64,000 bases of DNA from Octopus vulgaris (GCA_951406725.2 OX597822.1:10478001-10542000), one strand, 5' to 3'. Shown: positions 26,490 to 40,871, counted from the stretch's first letter. Notes: generated from the sequence alone by a model not told the origin. Program-made: numbers and translations.

Positions 26490-26722
26490 GTGGCGAGCTG
26501 GCAGAAACGTTAGCACGCCGGGCAAAATGCTTAGCGGTATTTCGTCTGTCGTTACGTTCTGAGTTCAAATTCCGCCGAGGTCGACTTTGCATTTCATCCT
26601 TTCGGGGTCGATAAATTAAGTACCAGTTTCGCACTGGGGTCGATGTAATCGACTTAATACCTATGTCTGTCCTTGTTTGTCCCCTCTATGTTTAGACCCT
26701 GGTGGGTAATAAAGAAATAGGT
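26490..26722 (+). mobile_element. SINE family A, tail type 1, full length
   Basis: GGCGAGCTGGCAGAAACGTTAGC (A box), GAGTTCAAATTCC (B box), tail ...GGGTAATAAAGAAATAGG. Confidence 0.92.
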
Positions 26723-26738
26723 ATTGTTGTAGTAGTAT

Positions 26739-26772
<34 letters not shown>

Positions 26773-27358
26773 CATCTGTTCGGATCTTTGTCATCATTAT
26801 CACCACTAAGAAAGCAAAAATTTTAATGATGATGAAGCAGAAACAGAAAATAACAAGAACCTATCACAAATAGGTGCACCATAGCAGAGCGATTCGGCGG
26901 GGTAGCCCACAAAGTACCCCAGGGTGCTCAGAAGCTAAATTCAAATGCTTTTTTTCTTTGTTTGTTTGTTTTCGCAGTTCTTACTACCGTGTTAAAATGT
27001 TTTACTTTGCATTTGGAAGAGTTGTTGCCATCTGGTTTAACCACTCCCAGAATCTCGACACTAGGTCTACAACATGCCACCAGCATGTCACATACGTTCC
27101 ACATTCCCCTCCACCCTGAACAAGAACGAGGTCACTAAGTACGAGTCATAGACAAACAACAAGTTTATTTGTCAACATTTACGACACTTTGTGTGGCAAC
27201 GGGTATCACCTGTTACTCATTACAGAGAAGTATCTGAAAAAAACTGGCACGTACGCACGCATGGACCACATATACGCATAATTTCGCATACGTATGCACA
27301 CGCGTGTGTAGGCGAGTGTATGTGTGTGTGTGTGTGCATGCGTGAGAGAGAGAGAGAG

Positions 27359-27413
<55 letters not shown>

Positions 27414-28187
27414 ACAATCATGATTTGTTTTCAGAGTACGAGTCTGAAGTCGAAATGGCATTTGGGGTGGGTCCCTATTAAACATGTGACAATGACAACG
27501 ACGATGACGATAATGATAATAGTGGTCTGATGATGATGATCATGATGATGATGATGATGGAGGAAGTGATGATGGTATGGTGGGTGAGCTGGGAAATCTT
27601 GCTATGAATGAGTTTTGTTGTTGTTGATGGTGGTGTTGGTGGCGATGGTGATGCTGCTTGCTTTGTATGAAGGTAAATGAGATTTTTATCCCAGTGTCAA
27701 CATCATCATCACCATCACCCTGCTCCTCCTTCTCCTCCTTCACATCCTCATCATCATCACCCCTCCACCTCCTCCTCCACCTCCTCCTCCTCATCATCAT
27801 CATCATTGTTATCCTTCTAGGGTAATATCAAATGTTCATATTCCCAACTTTCCCCATCTCATTGCAACATTCATAATCGGGTGTAGTTCGTAATCGCTGG
27901 GAACTGATATTGGTCATTGTCGGGATTTGAAACCCGCAGATGAATATTTTAAACACAGAACGCAATGAGCCAACAGAGGGCGCCATAAAAGATATCTCAT
28001 GTGACTCTGAAATAAATCCACCAATCCGCTAATCCACTGGCTCTGTGGAGTGGTACTTTATTCATCGTCCCCGAAAGAATAACAAGACAAAGCTGACTTC
28101 AATGAGGTTTGAGCCGAGCACAGAAGTTAGAAACAAATATCGCAGAACATTCCAACAGTCTTGCGATCATCTGCCAATTTTGATATC

Positions 28188-28336
28188 GTTTGTTGTTGTT
28201 GTTGTAGTAGTAGTAGTGGTGGTGGTGGTGGTGGTGGTGGTATTAGTAGTAGTAGCAGTCGTAGTAGTGGTGGTGGTGGTGGTGGTTTTGGTAGTGGTGG
28301 TGGTGGTGGTGGTGGTGGTGGTTTTGGTAGTGGTGT

Positions 28337-28384
<48 letters not shown>

Positions 28385-28405
28385 CTGTTGTTGTTTTTGT
28401 TGTAG
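28188..28405. repeat. (GTT)/(GTA)/(GTG)n compound trinucleotide array
   Basis: Direct reading. Confidence 0.95.
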
Positions 28406-29052
28406 TTGAAGAAGAAGAATTGATGATGATACGGGTACTGGCTGTGCATATACACTGAAGTACACACCTAAGCAATGTAAGTAAAGACAGCGAGAGAAAT
28501 GCAACTGTGATCGGAATGCCATAGTATTTCGTATAATGTTATGTGGTTGTTATGATTTAATTGGAGGGTATTAAACAGCAGCTATCCTGCTTATTACCAA
28601 TAATGATATATTAAGCTGCAATGGACACAGATATCAGAACGTGCTTGCGGATGTGCACGATCACGTGAACGCACGTACACAGTCAAACACACACATACAA
28701 ATACATACACACACATACACTCACACACACACGCACAAACACGCCTGCACGCCTGCATACATACACACACATACACACATACTCACACATTTATTAATGA
28801 GGAAATGCAGTGCCCATGACTTTTGAAAGGGCCGCTGACGAAGGCAAGTATCCTCAAACCATTATAAACTAAGCTGACACTTACAAAAACGAACAAACTT
28901 CCGCTAATGGCTGCCAAAAGACGAGAGAGTGAATTCATCCGATCATAGTCTCCTAGTTGTTTGATGCTCTGGACTGATCCGGGTCAATGGTCAGTATTCA
29001 CCGATCAGAGGCATCTAGTGTATATTCAAACATACATACTTACGTACATGCC

Positions 29053-29125
<73 letters not shown>

Positions 29126-29140
29126 GTATGCATTTATGCA

Positions 29141-29354
29141 TACTCTTTTACTCTTTTACTTGTTTCAGTCATTTGACTGCGGCCATGCTGGAGCACCGCC
29201 TTTAATCGAGCAACTCGACACCGGGACTTATTCTTTTGTAAACATAGTACTTATTCTATCGGTCTCTTTTGCCGAACCGCTAAGTAACGGGGACATAAAC
29301 ACACCAGCATCGGTTGTCAAGCAATGCTAGGGGGACAAACACAGACACACACAA

Positions 29355-29401
<47 letters not shown>

Positions 29402-29548
29402 TACGACGGGCTTCTTTCAGTTTCCGTCTACCAAATCCACTCACAAGGCTTTGGTCGGCCCGAGGCTATAGTAGAAGACACTTGCCCAAGGTGCCAAGCA
29501 GTGGAACTGAACCCGGAACCATGTGGTTGGGAAACAAGGTACTTACCA
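29141..29548 (-). mobile_element. SINE family B, young copy
   Basis: Near-identical to 6722-7145. Confidence 0.9.
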
Positions 29549-29623
29549 TTATGCACGTATTTCTATTCGAATTCGAATACATATGAGTATGTATGCATAT
29601 TTACAAACAAACATACGAATTAG

Positions 29624-29692
<69 letters not shown>

Positions 29693-29855
29693 GTTTCGTC
29701 GGGGGCTAATATGCCCCAATATTACATTATTTTCTGTAGTCAATACACGGTGATCACTAATAAACTTTACGCTTATAAAGTATTCATTTTTGCAGAAGCT
29801 ATACATACATACATACATATATATACATACATACATACATACATACGTACATACA

Positions 29856-29891
<36 letters not shown>

Positions 29892-30030
29892 TATGCATAT
29901 ATATATATGTATGTATGTATATATATATGTGTGTGTGTGTGTACATATATATACATACATATTTATGTATGCATATATATATACATATACAAATATACAC
30001 ACATACATATATACATGCACACACAGACGC

Positions 30031-30065
<35 letters not shown>

Positions 30066-31059
30066 CATATAAAAGATTTCAATGGCAAGTATGTACATAT
30101 GCATGTGGTATATACTGGCGTGTATATGTAGGCTCCTGTATGTATAACAGTTTGGCCAAGAGAGAGTGAAAGTGAGAGAGGAATGAATGAATATAGGCAG
30201 TCATGTATAGATGTAGCTGTAGGCGTGTGTGTGTGTGTGTGTGTTTGTGTGTGTGTGTATGTGTGTGTGTCTGTGTGTATGTGTGTGTGTGTAGTGTAGT
30301 GTGTGCGTGTGTAAATATATATACAGAAAGATAAATATAGATATATGTATAGATAGATCTGCAGTCATGAATTGTCGGCAACAGTTCTGTGTCAATGTTG
30401 ATCATGATTGCTTGTATTGATAGGAAGAAGAGCGTCTGTTTCAAATACTATCACTAGGAGAAAACTGTAAACAGCTTCAGCATGAAACAAGAGATTTAGG
30501 TCTATAGGTCTGTCCCAAGCAGTCAGACTGGCTTTAAACAATTGCAATTGTTGTGCTTTTTTCTATTGTCAACATCAGTAGGGTGTGACTGACACGATGA
30601 TTGCAGCTTACAGTATAGACATATAGAGAAGACGTGATTGTAAAATGGCGTACGGAGGGGTGGCGGTGGGAGTTAGCTGCTGGCCTATAGTCTGCGAACT
30701 GTAGTGTATTCACAATGACATGCGTGTGAAAGAATATGTATGTACGTTTGTTTATACTATGAAATGTAGATTGAAAAAAAAATCAAACCTTATCTCTCTG
30801 AAATATATATGGAAGGATTGAAGGTTCTCCATGTAAAAACCATCATTGTTGACGTCATTGTTGCAAGCAATCACGTGATGAGATCAGAGTTTAGAATCAT
30901 TTTGCAGCATCTCTTAGAATGCATTCGACTCTATATATTCAAGTCCAAATGATATATGTGTGTGTGTGTGTGCATGTGTGTATGTGTATGTAAGCATAAA
31001 TGTATATACGTATGAATATATGTGCGTGTATATGCGTGCAAACATAAACAGAGACACCT

Positions 31060-31102
<43 letters not shown>

Positions 31103-31114
31103 GTATATCTTGTA

Positions 31115-31305
31115 TCTTTTACTTCAGTCATCAGACTGCGGTCATGCTGAGGCACCCCCTTGAAGAATTTCATTCGATCCAATCGACCACAGTATTTTTT
31201 TCTTTTTAAAGCTGGGTACTTATTCCATCAACTCTATGGCCGAACCGCTGAGTTACGGGAATATAAACAAACCAACTCCTGTTGCAAACAGTGGGAGATA
31301 AACAT

Positions 31306-31356
<51 letters not shown>

Positions 31357-31500
31357 TATATACGACAGGCTTCTTTCAGCTTCCACCTACCAAATCCGTT
31401 CACAAAGATTTGGTCAGCCCGAGGTCCAAGCAGAATATATTTGTCCAAGGTGCCACGCAGTAGGAATGAACTCGGAACCATTTAGTTGAGAAGCATAGTT
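31115..31500 (-). mobile_element. SINE family B, diverged copy
   Basis: Collinear similarity with an internal (CA)n. Confidence 0.8.
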
Positions 31501-31889
31501 TTTACGACACGCTAAGAAAGAAAAGTTAAAATGAAAGAATTTAACTACAGGTGCGTTATAGCTGCAACAGTGAATGGAACCTGGACCTTGGATATGATTC
31601 AATGTGACCCTTTTGTTTGTTTAATTATCTTTTATTCTTTTATTTTACTTCAGTCATTAGATGGCAGCCATGCTAGAGTACAGCCTTGAAATCACCTGCA
31701 GTACTTTCTTTTAAAGCTTGGTAATACGTATCTTTCGCTTCACCCCCAGGTTACAAAAACGTAAACAAACCAACATCGGTTGTCAAGCGGGGGTATAGGA
31801 CAAACACAAGCACTGACAAACACACAGAAGCGCGCACACATACACGCATACATAAATAGATGTATAAATATATAAATATATATGAATGT

Positions 31890-32156
31890 ACATTATTTAC
31901 TTTATTTACAATTGACGGATATTTGTCCTCATCTTGTTTGTTGTTGACACAACACATCGGCTGATATACACTCCTGCCTTCATCAGGTGTCTTGGTGAAA
32001 TTTCGAACCTGGGTTGTCATTAGGAATGAGAACCCAGGTTCGAAATTTCCCCAAGACACCTGATGAAGGCTGGAAGGTATATCAGCCGATGTGTTGTGTT
32101 AACAACAAACAAGATGAGGACAAATATCCGTCAATTGTAAATAAAGTAAATAATGT
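31890..32156. repeat. 267-bp palindrome (132-bp arms, 3-nt loop): head-to-head pair of hammerhead-like units (family H6)
   Basis: Arms 31890-32021 and 32025-32156, only a few mismatches. Right arm 32055-32100 reads GACAC-CTGATGA-A-GGCTG-(10 nt)-CAGCC-GATGT-GT-T-GTGTT. AATAAA lies downstream in each arm. Confidence 0.93.
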
Positions 32157-32821
32157 TAATAATTGCTCATCTTTTAAATATAGAACTATATTTGAATGTG
32201 TATGTATGTATAGGCATTTTCATTATATACAACCGCTTGCATTCACTATTGTTCTCAGAAACGAGACGGGTTTCAGAATAGAGATGAAAATAGAGATGAA
32301 AATATTGGTATTACCAAATTATGGACGTAGTCCTTGAAACAGAAGAGAAGGATGTTCGGAAATACATCGGTCTGGAAAATAAGTGATAGTCATGTGGGAA
32401 TATCAGGCTTGTAATTAGTTACTCGCTGATGTGATACCAAAAAATAATGAAATCTGCCATTATAGCGTTTTGTAGAATTAACCCAAATGTATGAATCTAT
32501 AAAATAGGATGCGAAGAAGTGACGATTTGAGCGTATAAACAAACAAATTAAATATGTAAATGATTTAATCAGAAGCATAAATATATAAAATAGATGTGTA
32601 AATAGGTAAATCAGTTGTATAAATATGCAATTTAGATGTGCAAATATGTAAATTAGATGGTATATATGCGCATATCAGATAATGTCGTACATGAATCGGT
32701 TATGCAAACGAGGCAACCAAATGTGCAAGTGTTTATAAGATGTATTGAATATAAAAAATAAAGCATCATGTATGTGCATATATGCTACATTCCATGAAGC
32801 CGATGTATATACAGAGATGCC

Positions 32822-32975
32822 GGCGTGGCTGTGTGGTAAGAAGCTTGTTTACCAACCACGTGGTTCCGGGTTCAGACACACTGCGTGGCGTCTTCGATTA
32901 ATGTGTTCTATAGCCTCGAGCCGACCAAAGGCCTGTGAGTAGATTTGTAGATAGAAATTGAAACAAGGCCCTTGT
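32822..32975 (+). mobile_element. SINE family B head fragment
   Basis: GTGGCTGTGTGGTAAGAAGCTTG...GGTTCCGGGTTCAG. Confidence 0.8.
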
Positions 32976-33037
32976 ATACATACATATATACATATATATA
33001 TATATGTATATATATATATTCATATATATATATATAC

Positions 33038-33096
<59 letters not shown>

Positions 33097-33097
<1 letters not shown>

Positions 33098-34431
33098 TAG
33101 CAGTATAACCCGGCCTTGCCCGGAATTAAGTTACGATTATTAAACTAATCAAGTTCTTTATTTCAAACCAAACTAAGTAATATCAGGGTCAAATTTGAGC
33201 GAAATCCGTTGAAATTGATTATATTATATATATATTATATATATAATATAATATACTATAAATATATATGGGCAACACACACGAACACACATACACACAC
33301 GTATGTTTTGTGCACGCATACATGTTCATAAACAGAAATGAATGGAAAAAATGTTGTTAAATTTGTAGATTAACACTTGCACGATTTTCACTAAGAAACA
33401 TTTTTTTGCGTGGAAGCAAATATTCTGGCCTTCTAATATGCTACAAAACCCTTTTTGTGGTCAGTGAAACGGAGTGGAGTGTGGTGGAAGCCTCGCAATT
33501 TGTACCTATTCATATTGTGTAATTCACTGACAAACTGTTACCTACCTCTTTGTTTCTTCGTTGTTAAATAAATGGATTCTCAACAAAGCACTTTTTTACT
33601 CGGCGTAAAATAAAAACAAAACTCTTTCGCACCCAAAGTAATGTGTGTGAGAGAGGGAAGGGAAGAAAGATGAACGATTTAAAATAAATAAATGATTTAA
33701 AAATATATATATTGTAATTGTTGTGTGAGAATGTATATATACTATGATTATAAAATATAGTGTCTTTCAAAAACATCCTTAATTGGAACACTATATCGCG
33801 TGTTTAAGAAAAACAAAACATTTTACATTTCATTTTTTACGATCGTCATCACTTACTCTCTCACTCTCCCTCTCTCTCTCTCCCACTGTGTCTTTCCCTT
33901 TTTTTGTTTAGACGCTGTGAAACTCTCTGCTTCTCTTCCACTTTTCTTTATCTTGTTTATTTTTTTTGTTAGACGCCGTCAAACAATCTCCTACTCTTCC
34001 TTACACATACTTTTGCTTTACAATTTTTGTTAGACGTTGCGAAACACTCTTTCTCCCTCACACACACATACACACACATACACACATACACACACACATA
34101 CACACAAATACATCAACGCACAACTTTTCTCTTTCCCTCACACTCACACTTTCGCTTGGCTATATCTAGAAGGGACTTAACTCATGTTATCAATCTTCAA
34201 AATAGGTAAAAGCTATGGCTAAAAATAGATTTTTACCGCTAAAAGCTATGGGTGAAAATAGATTTGTACCGCTATCCGTGGGTGACTCGGGAAAAAAATA
34301 AGTTCACAAAACCCAGATAGGATGTTGACGAATGTCCTCCAAAAATTGGAGCGACATGCGTGCTAATTTGTGGACGTGCAGAAATTACAATCATGTACAC
34401 ACACACACATCATGCCTTTTATAGATACGGA
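33097..34431 (-). mobile_element. Non-autonomous Helitron
   Basis: Minus-strand 3' end CCGG-GCAAGG-CCGG hairpin, about 9 nt, CTAG|T (33097-33123). Candidate 5' A|TC at 34431 (or 34425). No TSD; lies in a TA context. Confidence 0.7.
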
Positions 34432-34654
34432 TATATATACATAATACATACATAATAAAGATAAAGTCATTATTTGATGATTTATCATTAGCTAACATAC
34501 TACTAATACCATATATATATATGTGTGTGTGTATGTGTGTGTGTGTTTGTGTGTGTATAGATATAACTGCATCTGTGTTATGTATATATATGTATTTGTG
34601 AGTGTGTATGTGTGTACCGATAGAATAAGTGCTAGGCTTAAAAGGAATAATAAC

Positions 34655-34718
<64 letters not shown>

Positions 34719-34825
34719 GTCGCACACACTAATTGCAGCGGTCCTTCAGTTTTCCTACGCCCTATAAAAGAATTCGGAATGTTGGGGGCTCAACAAGGCC
34801 TTTGGCGATAGCCTTGAAACTAAGA

Positions 34826-34903
<78 letters not shown>

Positions 34904-35140
34904 CATCATTATATTTCCAAGACTTTTAATAAAATTTCTTCACTACTATGTATATATATATATATATACAAACAGAAAGGGAGCGGGTAGATAGAAAGAT
35001 AGATAGATTTACATACATACATACACCCATACACACATATATATGCGTGTACATATATGTATATATATATATATATATGTATATGTGTTTGTGTGTGGGG
35101 GGGGTATGTATATATCTATATCTATCTACCAATCTATATA

Positions 35141-35190
<50 letters not shown>

Positions 35191-35875
35191 ACGACTGCCT
35201 GCTACTAGTGAGTTTAAAGCCCCAAATAGAGCATCGCGCGCGCGTGTGTGTGACCGTGTGTGTGCGTGTGTGTGTGCGTGTGTGCGAGTGTGCGTATGTG
35301 TGCGCGTGTGCGTATGTGTGTACACGCGTATGTATGCGTGTTCGTACACGTATAATCAAATAAAAGGCGGATTCAAAGAAGGCTAAGCTGGGTAGGATAC
35401 GAGTAGAACAGTTTTAGTTTATACAGGCGAATATAAAAATTAATCTTCTGTTTGTTAAGAATATCCTTAATCTGTTTAGTCTGTCGAGAAATCGCCATCC
35501 GTGTAAATCTAACACATAAAACAATCAGTTACATCGTCAGAATTGAAGACAGGAGGAGAAAAAATATTACACGCACATTCGTCAAATAACACACACATAC
35601 GCATCTCTCTTTCTCTCCCTGTCTCTCTGCCTGTCCGTCTCTCTATCTCTCTCTCTCTAAATATTTTTGCTTGTATGTATGTATGTATGTATGTATGTAT
35701 GTATGTATGTATGTATATATATGTATATATGTATGTATGTATTATGAATATATGTATGCATGTATGTATATATGTATATATGTATGTATGTATTATGAAT
35801 ATATGTATGTATGTATACACTTACACGCACACACACATATAGGAACATATATATATTAATAAACGTATACATACT

Positions 35876-35918
<43 letters not shown>

Positions 35919-37252
35919 ATATATATATATACAAACAGATAGATAAATATGTGTGTGGGTGTATGGGTGTGGATGTGGGTGTGAGGTGTGTGGGTGTGGG
36001 CAAGTATATTGGAGGTGTTTGTTATTAAAGTTTTGTCCTCTAAAACAAATACAAGATAAGAAACCAAAGTGAAATGAAGAAAGAAAGAATGAATGAATGA
36101 ATGAGAGAGTGAATTTATAGCAGAAAAATAAACACTTGCGTTCTGACTTTTACTGGGATAATCCCATCTTCTTGTCATTTTATCTAAGACCATTAAAATA
36201 ATCCTTGTTCAGAATTTTGCAGATTTACAATGATAAATCTATGAATTTCGTAGTAAATTTTACGCATAAGGAGGTATTGTATATATTAAAAAATAAATAA
36301 ATTTTGTTAGATGTTATTTCAAGGCTATGTATTGCATATAGATAAAACAAAATTTAATTTAGTTAGCGATCCGGTTAAGTATCAAGACTTGTTCCTGTGT
36401 CGGAGCTTGTCATCAGTTCGAAAATTAACGTCCTTTCTTTCTCCCCAAGTCACAAAAGGGACTTGGGTACTATAGCTTTCGTCTTATTGTTAAGTCATTC
36501 ACAAATGTAACTCGGCTAACGAAGATCTTTGATGTCGCTTCAAAATCTGTGACAAAGTACCAGAATATTTAATTGTTAGAAGAATTTGATGTAATATATT
36601 CTAGGCGAGAGTGTTGTAAATGAATAGATATTGAGAGATTGCATCCAGTTTTTTTTTTTTGGCGGGGGGAGGGGGGCTAGTGATTGGAGAGATTTATCCT
36701 TTAACTTGGTCAACCGAAGAGCCGGTACTTTGCATTTCGTACCTGACTCAGTAATGCAACAGCAAAGCACGAAAATTATGTGACACGCATTGACCCGAGG
36801 GTAAGCGACTGGCAGAATCGTTAGGGCGTCGGATTTTACGTCTCACGCTGTTTGTTTTCCTCTCTGAGATCATATCTGGCCGAAGCCTACCTTGCCCTTC
36901 ACACTTATAGAGTCGAAAAAAGAAACAATTCAGAATGGTGAATTGGTGGAACTATGAAAATGCTGAACCGAATCCCTTGCTATATTTATTGCTCCTTCTT
37001 TACGTTTTGATCAAAGTTGCACCTAAGTGTCTAAAATATGCAGGCTCAATGATCTGAAAGCCTCTCGTGGTGAGGAAGGCAAACTCCTAAACAAAGGTGC
37101 ATCACCAAATAAATGGTGTTGGGATTCTTCTAGCTGGAGAAACATGTACGCTAACAAGTGATTGAAGGTACGAGAAGCAAGAAAGATGAGAAGAGTTGGG
37201 ATACAGGAGGAGAGGGGAAGGATAGAGAGGTTAAGGGATAAATTACCCATGA

Positions 37253-38083
37253 GGGTTGATCTGACTTTAATAAATAGAGATAAAAGCAATGATTCACAGG
37301 ACTTAGAACGGTCAACAAGATATTGAATTATGAAAGCACAAACTAATAAAACTCTCATCCCTCACAGAGTGTTCCCACTGCGTATGGCTATAAGCTGAGC
37401 TCTACCTATCCAGGCGGGGTCTATAAAATATGGGGTAACTCAGTACGTCTATCCAGGGCCTGGAGAGTGAAAATAGAGGCAGTAACTATTTGCCAAGCGC
37501 TTTCTTAAAAATAATAATCCCACAGATCACTTGAATGTTGGGGACTCTCTTATTTTAAAGATAAAAAGGGTTTAATCGATTGGGTTGTCAAACCAGGTTT
37601 CGTTATCACATTAATAAATTATCTCTGTGTACAGAATCAAGGCTCTTGATTTCTGTATATTCTATTCAACTGTCCGTAAAATATCAATATAACCGGATAC
37701 AGGACCTCATATAGAAATTTTGAAAGGTAAATCAAAACAGCGTTCAGGCCCATGCAAAACAGAGAGGGAGAGAGAAGAAAAGAAAAGAGAGAGTTCCCCA
37801 AAATTCAAGTGGTTGTGTGATTTTTATTCTTAGGAAGAGGCCACGTGAATAGATCCATTTTTTTCTCTCTACGTCCCCAAACGACGTACCGAAAGACCCC
37901 ATATTTTATTGGTGCAACCTGGATAGATAGAGCAAGGCTTATGTCCTTTCGTATCGGCAACACTCTGTGAGAGATGCGAGATTCTTTTTAAAGTTTGTGT
38001 TTTCATCACTCAAAGTTTTGTTATGGATCTAACTGGATGGGAATCGTTGTTGCTGTTATCCTTATTTAAAATCAGGTCAACAC
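37253..38083. repeat. Diverged long inverted repeat (arms ~300 bp, spacer ~230 bp)
   Basis: 37253-37557 aligns with the reverse complement of 37785-38083. Shared blocks include CTCACAGAGTGTT, ATAAGC, GCTCTA(C/T)CTATCCAGG, ATAAAATATGGGGT and CACTTGAAT(G/T)TTGGGGA. Confidence 0.8.
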
Positions 38084-38554
38084 TTTTAGCATAAACAGTA
38101 TAATAGGGTACTAAATTATTTAGTATGCCATTCTGTTTTTAAGACGTCTAACTATTATTTCTAGCAAACTGAAGAATTACATTGAGATTCCTTGTTTAGT
38201 TCAAGGTTTTGAGATTTTCAGTTACAGTAATGGGTTACTCAAGTTATAGTACTTAAATGTAGATGGGTGATCTCATCTGTTTGCTAGTTAAGAAACCTTG
38301 TCAAGAACAAGATGTTGTTAACACAAAATGAACCATTGGTGAGAGTTAAACTTACCCTTCGATATATCTAAGCATATGTATATCTGCATACGATCGTACA
38401 TTGGTAAATATTATTTACAATCCTACGTAGCTATGCACATGATATATTACACACACCCATACACACAAACCTATATTGTTTTAGTGACGCCACTAGGATC
38501 GATGAGTTTTCTTCTGTGTGATTATCTTTCGTGTGTAGTATATTTTTACACTCG

Positions 38555-38755
38555 AGGCGGGTCGATGGCAGAGTTATTAGCACGACGTGCAAGATACTAA
38601 ATAGCATTTCGTCCGTCTTTACGTTCTAAGTTCAAATTCTGCCGAGGTTGACTTCGACAAAATAAGTACCAGTTGAACACTGGGGTCAATGCAATCAACT
38701 TTTTTTTACCCCTGCTCCGATATTACTGGCTTAGTGCCAAAACTTTAGAACTAAT
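38555..38755 (+). mobile_element. SINE family A, diverged, tail type 2
   Basis: Family A head and B box; TTAGTGCCAAAACTTTAGAA tail. Confidence 0.7.
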
Positions 38756-39270
38756 ATATTCTTATTCTGTCAAAATATATTACAAAGACACCAAAACGCA
38801 AAACCTCATTGACCGAAAAAGAACAGAACACACTTCAAACTGCTAAGTATAATATTTATATTCCCATACAAACTTGGAGCTGTAAACTTTATGAACCAAG
38901 CTATCAGATTGGTCATATAAGTACAACGCTCGCCCGTTGTTTCTCCATGCATTCACAACGAGGAGCCTTGCAATAAAAATAATTCAATCCAGTACTGTAC
39001 ATAGACAAAAAAATACATTAGTTATCAGTACTATAATTCTAAATAGAATTCCTTAAATACTACCAAGAATATCTAAAGAGGTTTGTTAATAGAAAATCAT
39101 AAGGTAAAAAAAAATCAAGGTAGATACAATACACGCGAAATTAGTTGCGAAAGTTACTGGAATTTACTGTTTCAGGAAATTCCTCGTACGTTCATGATAT
39201 TTTGCGAACTAATGCAATGTAGATGCAAAACTCGGCTCATTGCCATAATTTCATTGTGAGAGTGGAGCTC

Positions 39271-39318
<48 letters not shown>

Positions 39319-40121
39319 CATATGTATATATATTACACGTGAAATCACCGGTCTCTCCTCCTTCCTGGCTGATTGTTTAAAATCAATGATTCTATGAGAT
39401 GAGGGCCAGACTACGTCAGGATCAAAATCACGATGACATCTGGTACGCACGGCTGAAGAAGAGGTGTTTCAACATTTATATTTTGTTCCTTTTCCTTGCA
39501 GTGTTTGTCAACGTAACTTCAATAACAATTATTTATCAGTAAAATTACGCTGTGACACATCTACTTAAGAAATTTTACTAGTAAAATAATAAATAATAAT
39601 TGTGCTGACTAGCAGTCTTCTTGGTTTCGGGTTTTCCTCTGTTTCTTTAAGTGTGTATGTGTGTCTGCATGTGAAAATGTTAGTTGATGCGTGTGTGCAT
39701 GTATATGGGTGTATGTGTATGACTGCGTGCGTTAACTACAGCGTTAAGACTTACAATCAAGCGTGTATGTCAGCGTTTACCAGTAACCCTGAAGTACACT
39801 CAGATTATAATATGATATATATGGCGGAAGTAGTTCTGGTCCGTTACTCTGTATATTACAAACTATATACTAACGCTATTAATAACTGTAGGAACTAATA
39901 CAGCGTGCCTTATGAATAAATAAACATGAAGTGTTGTATTTCAATGTGCGTAGTCTGGCTACAAAATTTAAACCCAGGAGTATTCCAGCATTTTAAAATT
40001 TACGAATTGTTATGTAAGGGATTCATTGTTATTTAAAAGCTCCTTGGAAACCACAAACTTTTCTTTCCTAAGATACCGCTTGTAAAGAGTGGAAGACTAC
40101 AAACACACACATACACACAGA

Positions 40122-40412
<291 letters not shown>

Positions 40413-40469
40413 TTATTTTATTAGCCACAAGGCATGAATGAGGAAAGGCATAACAGGAACAGAATGCAA

Positions 40470-40871
40470 TTTCTTTTCTACTCTAGGCACCAGGCCCGAA
40501 TTTTGGGGGGAGAGAGCCAGTCGATTACATCGACCACTGTACGCAACTGGTACTTATTTAATCGACCACGAGAAGATGAAAGGCAAAGTCGATCTCCGCA
40601 GAATTTGCAATCAGAACGTAAAGATAGACGAAATACATATTTCTTTACTACCTACAAGGGGCTAAACACAGACAGGACAAACAAGGACAGACAAACGGAT
40701 TAAGTCGATTACATCGACTCCAGTGCGTAACTGGTACTTAATTTATCGACCCCGAAAAGATGAAAATCAAAGTCGACCTCGGCGGAATTTGAACTCAGAA
40801 CGTAACGGCAGACGAAATACCGTTAAGCATTTTTTTCACCCAGCGTGCTAACGTTTCTGCCAGCTCGCCGC
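40470..40871 (-). mobile_element. SINE family A tandem or nested pair: tail-3 partial copy (40470-40635) and tail-1 full copy (40636-40871)
   Basis: Body GTCGATTACATCGAC...GACGAAATAC occurs twice with different tails. Confidence 0.85.

Noticed and set aside
27528-27806. (GAT/GGT)-rich and (CAT/CCT)-rich tracts in inverted arrangement
   Set aside because: Only compositional complementarity of degenerate trinucleotide repeats, with no collinear unique match.
28836-28865. CTGACGA-AGG-CAAGTAT-CCT-CAAAC hammerhead-like string (similarly weak strings at about 4866, 7984 minus, 22755, 39453, 51543 and 52475)
   Set aside because: Missing GAAA and/or stems I and III; not distinguishable from chance by eye.
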